Below are positions 18,827 through 28,799 of a stretch of 64,000 nucleotides of DNA, in pieces. The notes beneath the pieces are model-generated. The model was not told the origin of the DNA and made no database searches. It saw only the letters and a program-made list of their open reading frames with translations. Source of the stretch: an uncultured Saccharofermentans sp. (lineage in GTDB: Bacteria; Bacillota; Clostridia; Saccharofermentanales; UBA5734); the NCBI GenBank assembly GCA_963675845.1, contig OY776634.1, positions 2,109,052 to 2,173,051 of the forward strand, written 5' to 3'. Position numbers and translations under genes: made by a program. Position 1 is the stretch's first letter. Each line of letters opens with the position of its first letter.

Positions 18827-20850
18827 AGGTGACCGATTTTCTGATCGCGGTCGCGATCTTCGTCATTATCCTGCTGATCATCGTCCCGCTGTCGCCGGTC
18901 ATTCTCGACTTCATGCTGATCGTCTCGGTCACGCTGTCGGTCATGGTCCTGATGATGGCCTTGTTTACCAAGGAGACCCTGGATTTTTCGGTCTTTCCGT
19001 CACTGCTTTTGATCATGACGCTGTTTCGGCTGGCGCTCAACATCTCTTCGACTCGCCTGATCCTTGGAAACTCCGGCGAAGCCGGTGCCGTCATCCGGAC
19101 CTTCGGCAGCTTCGTCATCGGCAGCAACATCACGGTGGGTGTCATCATCTACGCGATCATCATCGTGATCCAGTTCATCGTTATCACCAAGGGCGCGGAG
19201 CGCGTCGCCGAAGTCGCGGCCCGCTTTACGCTTGACGCCATGCCCGGCAAGCAGATGGCGATCGACGCCGACCTGAACGCCGGCCTGATCAATGAGCAGC
19301 AGGCCCGCCAGCGCCGTCAGAAAATCCAGCGTGAAGCTGATTTCTACGGCTCGATGGACGGCGCCAGCAAATTCGTCAAGGGCGACGCGATCGTCGGCAT
19401 CCTGATCACCGTGATCAATATGCTCGGCGGCATCGCGATCGGCGTGCTGTCATCCGGCATGGCCATCGATGAGGTGGTTTCCCAGTACACCCTGGCCACC
19501 GTCGGTGACGGCCTGGTCAGCCAGCTGCCGGCCCTTTTGGTCTCCACCGCCACCGGCATCATCGTCACCCGCGCTGCGTCCGAGAACAACCTCGGCCGCG
19601 ACATCACCGACCAGTTCTCGGCCCAGCCGGTGATCATGATCCTGGCCGCCGCCATGATCTTCCTCCTCGGCATGATCCCCGGCCTGCCCAAGGTGCCGAT
19701 TGTCCTGCTGTCCGCAGTCCTGATGGTCCTGGGCCTGATGCTGCGCAAGCAGAAAAAGGCGGCCGGCCAGATTCAGCAAGTCACCAGCGAAACCCAGGCC
19801 CGTAAAAAACCCGAAAATGTCACCGACCTTCTGCAGATCGATCCGGTCGAGCTGGAATTCGGATACGGCCTGGTCGGGTTGGCGGACGCCTCGCAGGGCG
19901 GCGAGCTGTCCGAGCGCATCACCATGATCCGCCGCCAGTCGGCGATCGAGCAGGGCCTGATCATCCCCGGCATTCGGCTGCGCGACAACGTCGCGCTCAA
20001 AAACGGTGAATACCGGATGAAGATCCGCGGCGAGGAAGTTGCGCGCGGCGATGTGGTGCCGGACGGCCTGATGGCCCTGCACGCCGAACTCGACGAGCAT
20101 CCGATCCAGGGCACGCCGACCACCGACCCGTCCTTCGGGCTGCCGGCGCTGTGGATCAAGAAGAGCGACCGGGAACAGGCGGAACTGCATGGCTACACGA
20201 TCATCGATCCGCCGTCCGTGATCGCCACCCACCTGTCCGAGGTCATCAAGCGCCATGGCCATGAGCTGTTGGACCGCCAGCAGGTGCAAAGCCTTGTTGA
20301 CCACCTGAAAAAGACCCAGCCGGCGCTGGTCGAGGAGATCTTCCCGCAGGTGTTCTCACTCGGTGACCTGCAGAAAGTGCTGGCCGGTCTGCTCAAAGAA
20401 TCGATATCGATCCGCGACATCGGCACCATCGTCGAGACCATGGCGGACAACAGCCAGGTCAAGCACCCCGATCAGCTGGTCGAACTGGTCCGTCAGCGGC
20501 TGCGCCGCTCGATCACCCGCCGCCACACCGACGGTGGCCGGGTCGACGTGATCACGCTGGACCCGGCGCTCGAACAGCTGATCGCCGAGCGCATTCGCCA
20601 ATCCGAACAGGGTTCGTTTGTAGCAATCAGTCCGGATCAGATCCAGCAGGTGCTGCAGAGCCTGAAACGGGAAGTGGAGCAGATCCTGGCGGTGGGCAAA
20701 AGTCCGATTATCATGTGCTCGCCGCATATCCGGCCGCACTTCAAGAAAATGAGCCAGCAACTGATCCCGGACCTGGTGGTCCTGTCCTATAACGAGATTG
20801 AGTCAGACATCGAGATATGTGCCCAGAATATGGTCAGCATCGGCAGCTGA
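18823..20850 (+). CDS. flhA: Flagellar export gate protein FlhA
   Basis: 675 aa. Conserved FVKGDAIVGILITVINMLGG and a cytoplasmic C-terminal domain. Confidence 0.97.
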   Translation: MKVTDFLIAVAIFVIILLIIVPLSPVILDFMLIVSVTLSVMVLMMALFTKETLDFSVFPSLLLIMTLFRLALNISSTRLILGNSGEAGAVIRTFGSFVIGSNITVGVIIYAIIIVIQFIVITKGAERVAEVAARFTLDAMPGKQMAIDADLNAGLINEQQARQRRQKIQREADFYGSMDGASKFVKGDAIVGILITVINMLGGIAIGVLSSGMAIDEVVSQYTLATVGDGLVSQLPALLVSTATGIIVTRAASENNLGRDITDQFSAQPVIMILAAAMIFLLGMIPGLPKVPIVLLSAVLMVLGLMLRKQKKAAGQIQQVTSETQARKKPENVTDLLQIDPVELEFGYGLVGLADASQGGELSERITMIRRQSAIEQGLIIPGIRLRDNVALKNGEYRMKIRGEEVARGDVVPDGLMALHAELDEHPIQGTPTTDPSFGLPALWIKKSDREQAELHGYTIIDPPSVIATHLSEVIKRHGHELLDRQQVQSLVDHLKKTQPALVEEIFPQVFSLGDLQKVLAGLLKESISIRDIGTIVETMADNSQVKHPDQLVELVRQRLRRSITRRHTDGGRVDVITLDPALEQLIAERIRQSEQGSFVAISPDQIQQVLQSLKREVEQILAVGKSPIIMCSPHIRPHFKKMSQQLIPDLVVLSYNEIESDIEICAQNMVSIGS

Positions 20851-20864
20851 CAGAAAGGCAGGCA

Positions 20865-21680
20865 ATGAAGTTGGAACAACAGCAAGCAAAAATGGGTAAA
20901 AGCCCTCAGACCGGTCAGGACGCTGAACAAGCCCGGCTCGCGAAGCTGTGGCAGACCTGGTTCAAGGATCGTGACGCGGAGGCGCGAAATGACCTGCTGA
21001 TGCAGTATATCGGCCTGGTCCGGCGTGTCGTCAGCCGGCTGTTTCCCGCGAGCCGTCCCTACCATGACCAGGAGGATTTGATCAGCTGCGGCGTTCTAGG
21101 CCTGATGGACGCGATCGAACGCTTCGATCCGGTTAAGGGCGCCAAGTTCGAGACCTACGCCCAGATCAGGATCCGCGGCGAGATCATCGACTATATGCGC
21201 CACCAGGACTGGGCGCCGGTCCATGTGCGGACCAGAATCCGCCGGGTCGAATCAGCCTACGACGAGATTGCCCAGGCCAAGGGCCGCGAAGCGTCCGACC
21301 TGGAAGTGGCCGAGTACATGGAGATGACGGTTGAGGAGCTCCAGCAGGTGATGGGCGATGCCCATTTCCTGTCCATTCTCCATCTAGACGAGCTGCTGAA
21401 CTCGCCCGGCGCCGAGACCAGCCTGGTTGACTCGGATGCCCCGTTCGACCGTCAGGTGGAAAACCGGGAAATGCTGCAGATCCTGTTGGATGAATTGTCC
21501 AGCCTGTCCGGCCGGGAGCAGCTGATCCTCAACCTCTACTACTATGACGAACTGACCTTGAAGGAGATCGGCACCGTGGTGGGCCTGACCGAGTCGAGAA
21601 TCTCGCAGATCCACTCCGCCGCGCTGCTCAAGCTCAGAAGCCGGATCGGACGAATGACGCGACTGCCGTCGGTAACCTGA
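20865..21680 (+). CDS. fliA: Flagellar sigma-28 factor (SigD/FliA)
   Basis: Region 2 (LLMQYIGLVRRVVSRL ... RIRGEIIDYMR) and region 4.2 HTH (LTLKEIGTVVGLTESRISQIHSAALLKLR). It starts 14 nt after the flhA stop. Confidence 0.93.
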   Translation: MKLEQQQAKMGKSPQTGQDAEQARLAKLWQTWFKDRDAEARNDLLMQYIGLVRRVVSRLFPASRPYHDQEDLISCGVLGLMDAIERFDPVKGAKFETYAQIRIRGEIIDYMRHQDWAPVHVRTRIRRVESAYDEIAQAKGREASDLEVAEYMEMTVEELQQVMGDAHFLSILHLDELLNSPGAETSLVDSDAPFDRQVENREMLQILLDELSSLSGREQLILNLYYYDELTLKEIGTVVGLTESRISQIHSAALLKLRSRIGRMTRLPSVT

Positions 21681-21698
21681 AATAATAACACAAAAGAT

Positions 21699-21728
21699 TA
21701 AAGTTATTCACCGTTCTGTCCGTTGATA
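21699..21728 (+). promoter_or_regulatory. Candidate sigma-28 promoter for the distal rod/late-gene operon
   Basis: TAAAGTTA (21699-21706), 12 nt, TCCGTTGATA. The -35 is a near-perfect match to TAAAGTTT. The -10 is a degenerate match to GCCGATAA. Confidence 0.35.
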
Positions 21729-21754
21729 GAACATGAAGAGATATGGAGGACAAG

Positions 21755-22501
21755 ATGATCAGAGGTCTCTATACAGCAGCAACCGGCATGCAAAGCCAGC
21801 AGAGCCGGATGGACACGGTCACCAACAACCTGGCCAATGCCCAGACCATCGGGTACAAGCAGGATACGCTGCTGACCCGCTCCTTTGAAGAACAGCTGAT
21901 CTCCCGGCTGGGGGATTCAGGACAGCCCGGTGGACAGACCATCGGCTCGATCGCCGGCGGCGTCCACATCGACGAGGTCGCAACGCTGTTCGGCCAGGGC
22001 GCCCACAAGGCAACCGGGATCCAAACCGACCTGGCCCTGACCGGCGACGGCTTTTTCACGATCGCGACGCCGGCAGGCGAGCGCTACACACGGGCCGGCA
22101 GCTTCACCGTCTCAGCGGATGGCTTCCTGACCACCCAGGACGGCCAGGCCGTGCTGGGCGAAAACGGTCCGATCCAGGTCGGGTCCGAGCCATTCTCGGT
22201 CAGCGCCAATGGCCTGGTGGTGCACCAGGACGGCGTTGACGCCCTGAGAATCACGGCGTTTGACGACAACAGCGCCCTGCAGAAGACCGGCAGCGGCCTT
22301 TGGCAGAACACCGGAGCCGGCACCATAGCGGGCACCGAGGTGACTGTCAGCCAGGGTTATCTGGAACAATCCAATGTCGATCTGACGGAACAAGTCGTCG
22401 ACATGATGAGCATTACGCGAAACTACGAGATCAACCAACGTGTCCTCAAGACCATGGATGAGCGTCTGGGACAGGCCGTCAACGAGATCGGCAAGCTGTA
22501 A
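21755..22501 (+). CDS. Flagellar basal-body rod protein, FlgF/FlgG family
   Basis: MIRGLYTAATGMQSQQSRMDTVTNNLANAQTIGYK and C-terminal EQSNVDLTEQVVDMMSITRNYEINQRVLK. Confidence 0.9.
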   Translation: MIRGLYTAATGMQSQQSRMDTVTNNLANAQTIGYKQDTLLTRSFEEQLISRLGDSGQPGGQTIGSIAGGVHIDEVATLFGQGAHKATGIQTDLALTGDGFFTIATPAGERYTRAGSFTVSADGFLTTQDGQAVLGENGPIQVGSEPFSVSANGLVVHQDGVDALRITAFDDNSALQKTGSGLWQNTGAGTIAGTEVTVSQGYLEQSNVDLTEQVVDMMSITRNYEINQRVLKTMDERLGQAVNEIGKL

Positions 22502-22514
22502 GGAGGCCCAAGCG

Positions 22515-23282
22515 ATGTCCAACCAGTCACTTTACACCGCAGCTGCCGGCCTCAGGGCGCAGCAGCAGAGCATTGATACGCTGGCCAGCAACATTGCCAA
22601 TGTCAATACGGCCGGCTACAAGCGAAGCCGAGTAAATTTTTCCGACGCGGTCTACCGGGCCATGCTCGATCCGTCCAAGCCGCTGAGCGGCCAGGATGAG
22701 AACCTGCAGCTCGGACACGGCGTACTGGCGCAGTCTGTCCAGCACGACTTCGGCACAGGCCAGCTGGAGGAGACCTCGCGCAGTCTCGACTTCGCCCTGA
22801 CCCAAGCAGGCTTCTTTGCCCTGTCCGGTGAGGACGGCCAGACGGTCTATACCCGGTCCGGCGCGTTTCAGAGCCAGCCGCAAGGCGGCAGCAACGTCCT
22901 GGTCACCGCCGACGGCCGGCCCGTGCTTGACCGCGAGGGCGGTCGCATCGCGTCAGCCAAAGCGCTGGACGAGATCGAAGTGGACAGCTTCGGCAACCTG
23001 TCGCTGGACGGCGAGGCGCTGGGCGCGCTCGGCATCTATACCTTCGCCAACCCGCAGGGGCTTGAAGCACTGGGTGACGGCGTGTTTGCCCAGACGGTCC
23101 AGTCCGGCGCGGCCGAGGCCGGCGCCGGGGATGTCCGCCAGGGGTGGCTGGAGCGGTCCAACACCGACCTGACTGAAGAGATGACCGACCTGATCGCCGC
23201 CCAGAGGGCCTATGCCTTTTTGAGCCGTGCGATCAGCACAGCCGACGAGATGCGGCAGATTGAAAACAACATCCGGCGGTAA
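22515..23282 (+). CDS. Flagellar basal-body rod protein, FlgF/FlgG family (second paralog)
   Basis: MSNQSLYTAAAGLRAQQQSIDTLASNIANVNTAGYKR and C-terminal ERSNTDLTEEMTDLIAAQRAYAFLSRAI. AGGAGG RBS. Confidence 0.9.
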   Translation: MSNQSLYTAAAGLRAQQQSIDTLASNIANVNTAGYKRSRVNFSDAVYRAMLDPSKPLSGQDENLQLGHGVLAQSVQHDFGTGQLEETSRSLDFALTQAGFFALSGEDGQTVYTRSGAFQSQPQGGSNVLVTADGRPVLDREGGRIASAKALDEIEVDSFGNLSLDGEALGALGIYTFANPQGLEALGDGVFAQTVQSGAAEAGAGDVRQGWLERSNTDLTEEMTDLIAAQRAYAFLSRAISTADEMRQIENNIRR

Positions 23283-23315
23283 GCGCGGGATTGGAAGTGC
23301 AAGGAGTGATCAAGC

Positions 23316-23609
23316 ATGAAAATTAATCCAAATATCTCAGCTGCCGCGATCAAGCGCTACGAGAAGACCGTCCGGCATGAAGAGCCGGGTCTGGCTCGAA
23401 TCGACACTGAAGACAAGATTGAGCTGTCGGATCAGGCAAGGCTCCATGCCAGCCTGGTCAGCCTGGCCAGAAACTCGGATGCCGACGAGTCCGAAACCCG
23501 AGTCCATGCCGTGATGAACAAGATCGCATCCGGCGCGTACAAGGTCGACCTCGAACAGCTCGCAGACCGGATGCTCAACCAGTTTGGAGGATCGAACAAT
23601 GAACGCTGA
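23316..23609 (+). CDS. flgM: Anti-sigma-28 factor FlgM
   Basis: 97 aa. C-terminal KIASGAYKVDLEQLADRMLNQF is typical of FlgM. Located upstream of flgN-flgK. Confidence 0.85.
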   Translation: MKINPNISAAAIKRYEKTVRHEEPGLARIDTEDKIELSDQARLHASLVSLARNSDADESETRVHAVMNKIASGAYKVDLEQLADRMLNQFGGSNNER

Positions 23610-24096
23610 CCTGACACAGCTCTTAGACCTGGTCGGCCGCCAGAAGGCCGTCTATGATGGCCTGCTGGATCTGGCGAAACAGAAGAAAGACGCGATCGTC
23701 AAGGGCGACATCACGACGATGGACCAGGTGGTCGCGTCCGAGGAAGCGCTTTTGGTGCATATTACTGAACTGGAACGCCTGCGCCGCGAGATCACCCAGG
23801 GTGTCGCCGTCCGCTGTGAAGTCGACGTCGACCAGCTGACGCTGGCCAACTGGCCGGACCTGGACGACGAGCAGCGCGGTCAGATCGATCGGCTGCAGAC
23901 GGATTTCCGCCAGACGCTGGACGAGATTTCCGAGATCAACCAGGTCAATAGCCGGCTTTTGACCATTCACCTCGACTATGTCCAGGCCGTGATCAATGAA
24001 GTGACCCAAACCCAGCGTTCCAGCTCCTATGACAAGGACGGCAGCCAGCAGACGCGCCGCCTGCAGCGGCTGAATCTGGTCGACGAAGTGATGTGA
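23599..24096 (+). CDS. flgN: FlgN-like flagellar chaperone
   Basis: 165-aa helical protein (LLDLVGRQKAVYDGLLDLAKQKKDAIVKGD) in the flgM-flgN-flgK position. Confidence 0.65.
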   Translation: MNADLTQLLDLVGRQKAVYDGLLDLAKQKKDAIVKGDITTMDQVVASEEALLVHITELERLRREITQGVAVRCEVDVDQLTLANWPDLDDEQRGQIDRLQTDFRQTLDEISEINQVNSRLLTIHLDYVQAVINEVTQTQRSSSYDKDGSQQTRRLQRLNLVDEVM

Positions 24097-24103
24097 GGGT
24101 GCC

Positions 24104-25591
24104 ATGAGCAATTTCGCAGGATTGGAAACCGCCCGCAAGGGCCTGGTCGTCAGCCAGAAGGCGATTGAACTGACCAGCCATAACATTTCCAACGCCAACA
24201 CCGAGGGCTACACCCGGCAGCGCCTGGTCACCCAGGGGATTGATCCGGCGGCCGGCCTGTCGCATTTTTCCAACCCCGGCTATGCCGCGGTCGGACTGGG
24301 CGTCGAGATCGTGTCGATCGACCAGATCCGCAACCCGTTTCTGGATACCCAGTATCGCCAGGAAGCCTCGCTGGCCAGCGCGTGGAACACCCGTTCCGAG
24401 AGCCTGGGCTATATCGAGTCGCTGTTCAACGAGCTGACCGGCACCGGCCTGGGCGAGGCGTTCGACCAGTTCTCGCAAAGCGTGCAGGAACTGACCAAGA
24501 ACCCGTCGGCGGCGGAAAACCGCACCAACATGCTGCAAAACGCGATCAGCCTGGTCGAGACCTTTGCCCATTACACCGCCCAGCTTGATGAGATTCAGCT
24601 CAACCAGGATACCTCGGCAGGAAACATGGTCGCCGAGATCAATACGCAGGCCAGATCAATCGCGGACTTGAACACCCAGATCGCGATGTATGAACTGTCC
24701 GGCAACAAGGCCAACGACCTCCGCGACCAGCGGGGCCTGCTGCTCGACCAGCTGGCCGAGCGGATTGACTTTTCTGCCCATGAAAACAGCCAGGGGGAAC
24801 TCCAGGTCTTCGTCGGCGGACAGATCCTAATCGACCACCAGGAAACTCGAGCGGTCCTGGCCAGCCCGACGCGGCCGAATCCGCTGGATCCGGCCGGAGC
24901 CAACCTGAACGAACTGGTCTGGGCTGACAATGCGACCCCGTTTGCCATAACCAGCGGCAGCCTCAAGGCGACGCTCGACCTAAGAGACGGCGACACGGCC
25001 GACGATGCCGGCATCGTCTATCTGAAAAACCAGCTGGATCGGCTCGCCCGCAGCCTGGCCGACACCTTCAACGCGATTCATTCGACTGGCTGGACGCTGC
25101 CCGACAGCGGGACGGGCACCGCCTCGCAGACCGGGCTGGACTTCTTTGTTTCAGCCGATGGAGGTCCTGTCACAGCCGGAACCATCCAGGTCAGCGCCCA
25201 GATCAAGGGCGACACCAACCTGATCGCAGCGTCCGACCAGCAGATCACGGAGGTCTCCCAGCTCGGTAACAACCGCCAGGCCCTGAAGCTGGCCGGGCTG
25301 TTCGACTCGACCAGCATCCCGGATATCGAGAGTTACTCGGGCTTTTTGAACGGCCTGGTCTCGACCATCGCGGTCGAGTGCCGCCAGGCCAACAACACCG
25401 CGGCCAACGAGAAGACGCTGCTGCGGGCGATCGACGCCCAGCGCGACCAAATCTCCGGTGTCTCGATGGACGAGGAGACCGCCAACCTGATCAAGTACCA
25501 GCACAGCTACAACGCAGCCGCCCGGGTCATTTCGACCATTGACGAGATGCTGGACGTCCTGGTCAACCGGACCGGCGTTGTCGGCCGATAA
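24104..25591 (+). CDS. flgK: Flagellar hook-associated protein 1 FlgK
   Basis: MSNFAGLETARKGLVVSQKAIELTSHNISNANTEGYTRQRL and C-terminal SGVSMDEETANLIKYQHSYNAAARVIS. Confidence 0.95.
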   Translation: MSNFAGLETARKGLVVSQKAIELTSHNISNANTEGYTRQRLVTQGIDPAAGLSHFSNPGYAAVGLGVEIVSIDQIRNPFLDTQYRQEASLASAWNTRSESLGYIESLFNELTGTGLGEAFDQFSQSVQELTKNPSAAENRTNMLQNAISLVETFAHYTAQLDEIQLNQDTSAGNMVAEINTQARSIADLNTQIAMYELSGNKANDLRDQRGLLLDQLAERIDFSAHENSQGELQVFVGGQILIDHQETRAVLASPTRPNPLDPAGANLNELVWADNATPFAITSGSLKATLDLRDGDTADDAGIVYLKNQLDRLARSLADTFNAIHSTGWTLPDSGTGTASQTGLDFFVSADGGPVTAGTIQVSAQIKGDTNLIAASDQQITEVSQLGNNRQALKLAGLFDSTSIPDIESYSGFLNGLVSTIAVECRQANNTAANEKTLLRAIDAQRDQISGVSMDEETANLIKYQHSYNAAARVISTIDEMLDVLVNRTGVVGR

Positions 25592-25621
25592 GCCAAAAGC
25601 CGCCAAGGAGGAGCAAACCGC

Positions 25622-26554
25622 ATGCGCATCACAGAAAACATGATGGCCCAGGCATATCTCGACGGCCTGAACCGCAACATGGAACAGATTGCCGAATACC
25701 AGGAGCAACTGTCCACCAACAAGCGCATCAACCGGCCGTCTGACGATCCGGTCGGCGTGATCAATTCGCTGACCGTCCGGTCCAACCTGTCGCGCCTGTC
25801 CCAGTACAGCCGCAATATTGACGACGCGTCGTCCTGGCTGACCCAGAGCGAAACCGCGCTGACCGATCTCAATTCAAGTCTTGTATCCGTATACGAATTG
25901 GCACTTCAGGCCGGCGGCGGCTCGATGAGCAAGACCGACAAGCTCGCGATCGCGACCGAAGTGAAGCAGATCCGCGACTATATGATCGAGCTCGGCAATA
26001 CCCGGATCGGCGACAAGTATGTCTTCGGCGGATTCAACACTAAAACCGCCCCGTTCACCCAGGCCGGCGGCAGCGTCCTCTACCAGGGCGTCGACCTCTC
26101 GCTGGCCAGCCCTGCCCAGGTCGCGGCCTTCCAGAACCAGGAGACGGCTTTCGATACCGGTAAGGGGACCCGGATCAAGGTCAGCCTGACCGGCGTCGAC
26201 CTGACCGGCGCCGGCGACGACAATTTCTTCAAGACCATCGACGATATGATCCAGGCCCTGGAAGCCGACTCGACATCGGATGACCTGGCTGACTTTGCCG
26301 AGAAGATGCTAAAGGCCCAGGAACGGGTGCTGTCCACCCTGGCGGACGTCGGCGGCCGGCAAAACCGGCTGGAGCGGCTGTCTGAACGCTACGCGGTGGA
26401 CCAGTTCAATTATGAGAGCCTCCAGTCATCGATCGAGGACATCGACACCGCCGAGATCATCACCCGGATGAAGCTGGCCGAAACCGTCTATGAATCAGCC
26501 CTGTCCATCGGTTCGCGGGTGATTATGCCCAATCTGACACAATTCTTATCCTAA
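25622..26554 (+). CDS. flgL: Flagellar hook-associated protein 3 FlgL
   Basis: MRITENMM...QLSTNKRINRPSDDPVG, a flagellin-like N-terminus. 310 aa. Confidence 0.93.
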   Translation: MRITENMMAQAYLDGLNRNMEQIAEYQEQLSTNKRINRPSDDPVGVINSLTVRSNLSRLSQYSRNIDDASSWLTQSETALTDLNSSLVSVYELALQAGGGSMSKTDKLAIATEVKQIRDYMIELGNTRIGDKYVFGGFNTKTAPFTQAGGSVLYQGVDLSLASPAQVAAFQNQETAFDTGKGTRIKVSLTGVDLTGAGDDNFFKTIDDMIQALEADSTSDDLADFAEKMLKAQERVLSTLADVGGRQNRLERLSERYAVDQFNYESLQSSIEDIDTAEIITRMKLAETVYESALSIGSRVIMPNLTQFLS

Positions 26555-26607
26555 AGGACTTGCTGTTGCGCTAAGAAACATTTATTATTGTTTAGGAGAT
26601 CAAAGTA

Positions 26608-27087
26608 ATGCAGATCATGACAAAAACGTTCGGCGAGCTGGACATCAGCGAAGAGAAGATCATCATGTTCCAGGACGGATTGCCCGGCTTCGAGCACCTG
26701 AAGCGGTTCATCCTCCTGATTCTGGACCAGACCCGGCCGTTTCTGTGGCTGCAGGCAGTGGACGAGGACGTCTCGCTGCCCTTGATCAGCCCGTTCGATA
26801 TCCTGGCGGACTATTCGCCGGAAATCGACGACCAGGTCTTCAAGGGTCTGGAACTGGACCGGGAAGAGGACCTTCTGGTCCTGGCCGTTTCGGTCATCCC
26901 GCGCGAGGTCGCCAAAATGACCGCCAACCTCGCGGCACCGGTGCTGATCAACATTACAAAGAATTTCGGCCGGCAGGTGCTGACCGAAGGCAGCGACTAC
27001 GAGATCCGGCAGCCGATATTTGAATCGGTCTGCCAAATCATGCAGGGGGAGAAAGATCATGCTGATCCTGACCAGGCGAAGCAATGA
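26608..27087 (+). CDS. fliW: Flagellar assembly factor FliW (CsrA antagonist)
   Basis: IMFQDGLPGFEHLKRFILL and NLAAPVLINI motifs. 159 aa. Directly upstream of csrA and overlapping it. Confidence 0.93.
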   Translation: MQIMTKTFGELDISEEKIIMFQDGLPGFEHLKRFILLILDQTRPFLWLQAVDEDVSLPLISPFDILADYSPEIDDQVFKGLELDREEDLLVLAVSVIPREVAKMTANLAAPVLINITKNFGRQVLTEGSDYEIRQPIFESVCQIMQGEKDHADPDQAKQ

Positions 27088-27280
27088 GGCCGTCGTTCTT
27101 GGCGACGATATCAAGGTCACCGTTCTGGACATCGACGGTGACCGGGTTAAAATCGGCATCGATGCCCCCCAGGCAACCAAGATCCTGAGAGCGGAACTTC
27201 TGGCCGAAGTCCGCGATGTCAACCTCGAGGCAATTTCCGCCGGCCCCAACCTGCTGGATGCGATCAAGAGCAAGGGCTGA
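27059..27280 (+). CDS. csrA: Carbon storage regulator / translational repressor CsrA
   Basis: MLILTRRSNEAVVLGDDIKVTVLDIDGDRVKIGIDAPQATKILRAEL, near-canonical CsrA. The track ORF start (27020) is upstream of the true ATG. Confidence 0.96.
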   Translation: MLILTRRSNEAVVLGDDIKVTVLDIDGDRVKIGIDAPQATKILRAELLAEVRDVNLEAISAGPNLLDAIKSKG

Positions 27281-27336
27281 GCGAGTTTTGACCTGATTCA
27301 ATCCGAAATCCAGTATAAGTCAATGCATTTTATAAA

Positions 27337-27364
27337 AGGGGACAGGACAGCAATGTCTTGCCCC
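27337..27364 (+). terminator. Possible terminator hairpin after csrA
   Basis: GGGG...CCCC outer stem with an inner GACA/TGTC stem and an internal loop, followed by a T-rich tail (tgatttattg). The structure is imperfect. Confidence 0.35.
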
Positions 27365-27618
27365 TGATTTATTGTTAAGTCAATTCAGTCTTAAAGACCG
27401 CATTGATACCCTGTTTCTTGGCGCGGCACCCATGGTAATATTCGCTTTCTGCGATATCTGGTGAGCGTTGGCCACAAAAGATCCGGACCTGCTGCAAACG
27501 AGAAAGTTCATGGGGTGAGCGGTCTCTGCTCCAAACCAATAAGCAAGCCAGAACAAGTCAAGATACCTTGATGACTGAGGTCAAAAGGGCAAGATATAAA
27601 GGAATTCATAAAAAAAAG

Positions 27619-27647
27619 TTGCGAAACGAAACAATATCGTTTATAAT
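27619..27647 (+). promoter_or_regulatory. Sigma-A promoter inside the island
   Basis: TTGCGA (27619-27624), 17-nt spacer, perfect TATAAT (27642-27647). It lies about 245 nt upstream of the 27891 ORF, implying a long leader. Confidence 0.5.
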
Positions 27648-27890
27648 GAAAATGTTATAAATTGATTTTAGTTCATTGTTTTATGACTCGGATATTATGC
27701 CTGATAATTGACATCCAATCATCATAATGATCGACAGGATCAGTTGCTTTGTGCTGCAAAGAAGGTGGTGGTGCCTATTGAAAGAATTATAAAGTCCTTA
27801 CAAAAACTAGCGGCTATCAACTTAACTGTCAGCAATACCGAAATGGACTAATATGAAAAAAATATAACGATGGTACCGAAAAAATAGCAG

Positions 27891-28304
27891 GTGAGAAAAA
27901 TGGATACTGAAAAACTGTTCTGCAATCGAAGTGTTAGGCTGTTGAGTCAGGGGATAGCTCTTGTGGCAATCGTCTTACTGATCATCGCACGGGCAAGCTT
28001 CTCATTGGGTGTTCAAGAGGGGATTCATATTCAGCTTCTTTCAATTATTGGCATCGACATTTTGATCGGATCTTTTACAAGCATCCTGTTGGCCAAGCCT
28101 GACCAAGTGCTGCCTATATCTATCTTGGCGCTGGTTGCATTCTTTTTCACGGTGGCACCCTTTTTATATTTGGTCATTTATGCTCGATTCGCAAGTGTCT
28201 TCATTCCTTTGCATCAATCATTCGAATGCGCAGCTGCCCTGTTCGGTTTGAGCATATCGCAAGTTATTTATGTCTTGATCAAACGGCATAGCCATAAAAA
28301 ATGA
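27891..28304 (+). CDS. Hypothetical integral membrane protein
   Basis: 137 aa with about 4 hydrophobic helices (LLSQGIALVAIVLLIIA, ILALVAFFFTVAPFLYLVIY). AT-rich codon usage. No recognisable family. Confidence 0.55.
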   Translation: MRKMDTEKLFCNRSVRLLSQGIALVAIVLLIIARASFSLGVQEGIHIQLLSIIGIDILIGSFTSILLAKPDQVLPISILALVAFFFTVAPFLYLVIYARFASVFIPLHQSFECAAALFGLSISQVIYVLIKRHSHKK

Positions 28305-28354
28305 GAAGAAAATCAAGGGGCTTAGCTTCGCAATAGGGTTCTGGTGCAAAAGTG

Positions 28355-28663
28355 TTAATGAGGACACAAAACTTTCGGTCGACGGCAATGGACCAGACAC
28401 GGGTAGAACATTACATCACCATGACGCCAGACACGCTCTTGTGGCTCATCGCCGTTTCGGCTTGTCTGACCACCACAGTTCGGGCAGGCTATTGCCGCCG
28501 CTTTTCGGATCCCAACGTGAATGTGCAGGGTCAATTCCTTGTCATCAAACTCAGCACCCACGATGTACCATAGCTCTTCTAATCCTAATGATCCTGCAAT
28601 CATTTTTGTCATCTTATCAATAAGGTCCATACTTTTCCATCCAGAACCATTTTGCCATTTCAA
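28355..28663 (-). pseudogene. ISL3-family transposase, N-terminal fragment only
   Basis: LGLEELWYIVGAEFDDKELTLHIHV...CPNCGG...RVWRHGDVMFYPCLVHCRRPKVLCPH matches the ISL3 zinc-finger N-terminal region. It stops after 102 aa with no DDE domain downstream. Confidence 0.75.
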
Positions 28664-28799
28664 CGACTTTGGGAGTAGAGCCTTTATAAATTATCTGGGC
28701 GCAACTATTGTTCAATAACATCAAGGCCAAAAAAATAAGACTTTATGTCATTATATATAATCGAGAATCATTTCAGTTATTATTTTGAAGGAGTTTGAG

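Noticed and set aside
27400-27570. Possible tyrosine-recombinase remnant on the minus strand near the left island border. One frame gives LLVWSRDRSPHELSRLQQVRIF, vaguely like the GxRxSELxxLxWxDI segment of integrases.
   Set aside because: The similarity is weak and short, catalytic residues are not identifiable, and there is no ORF of 60 aa or more. It is kept only as a hint that the island once had an integrase.
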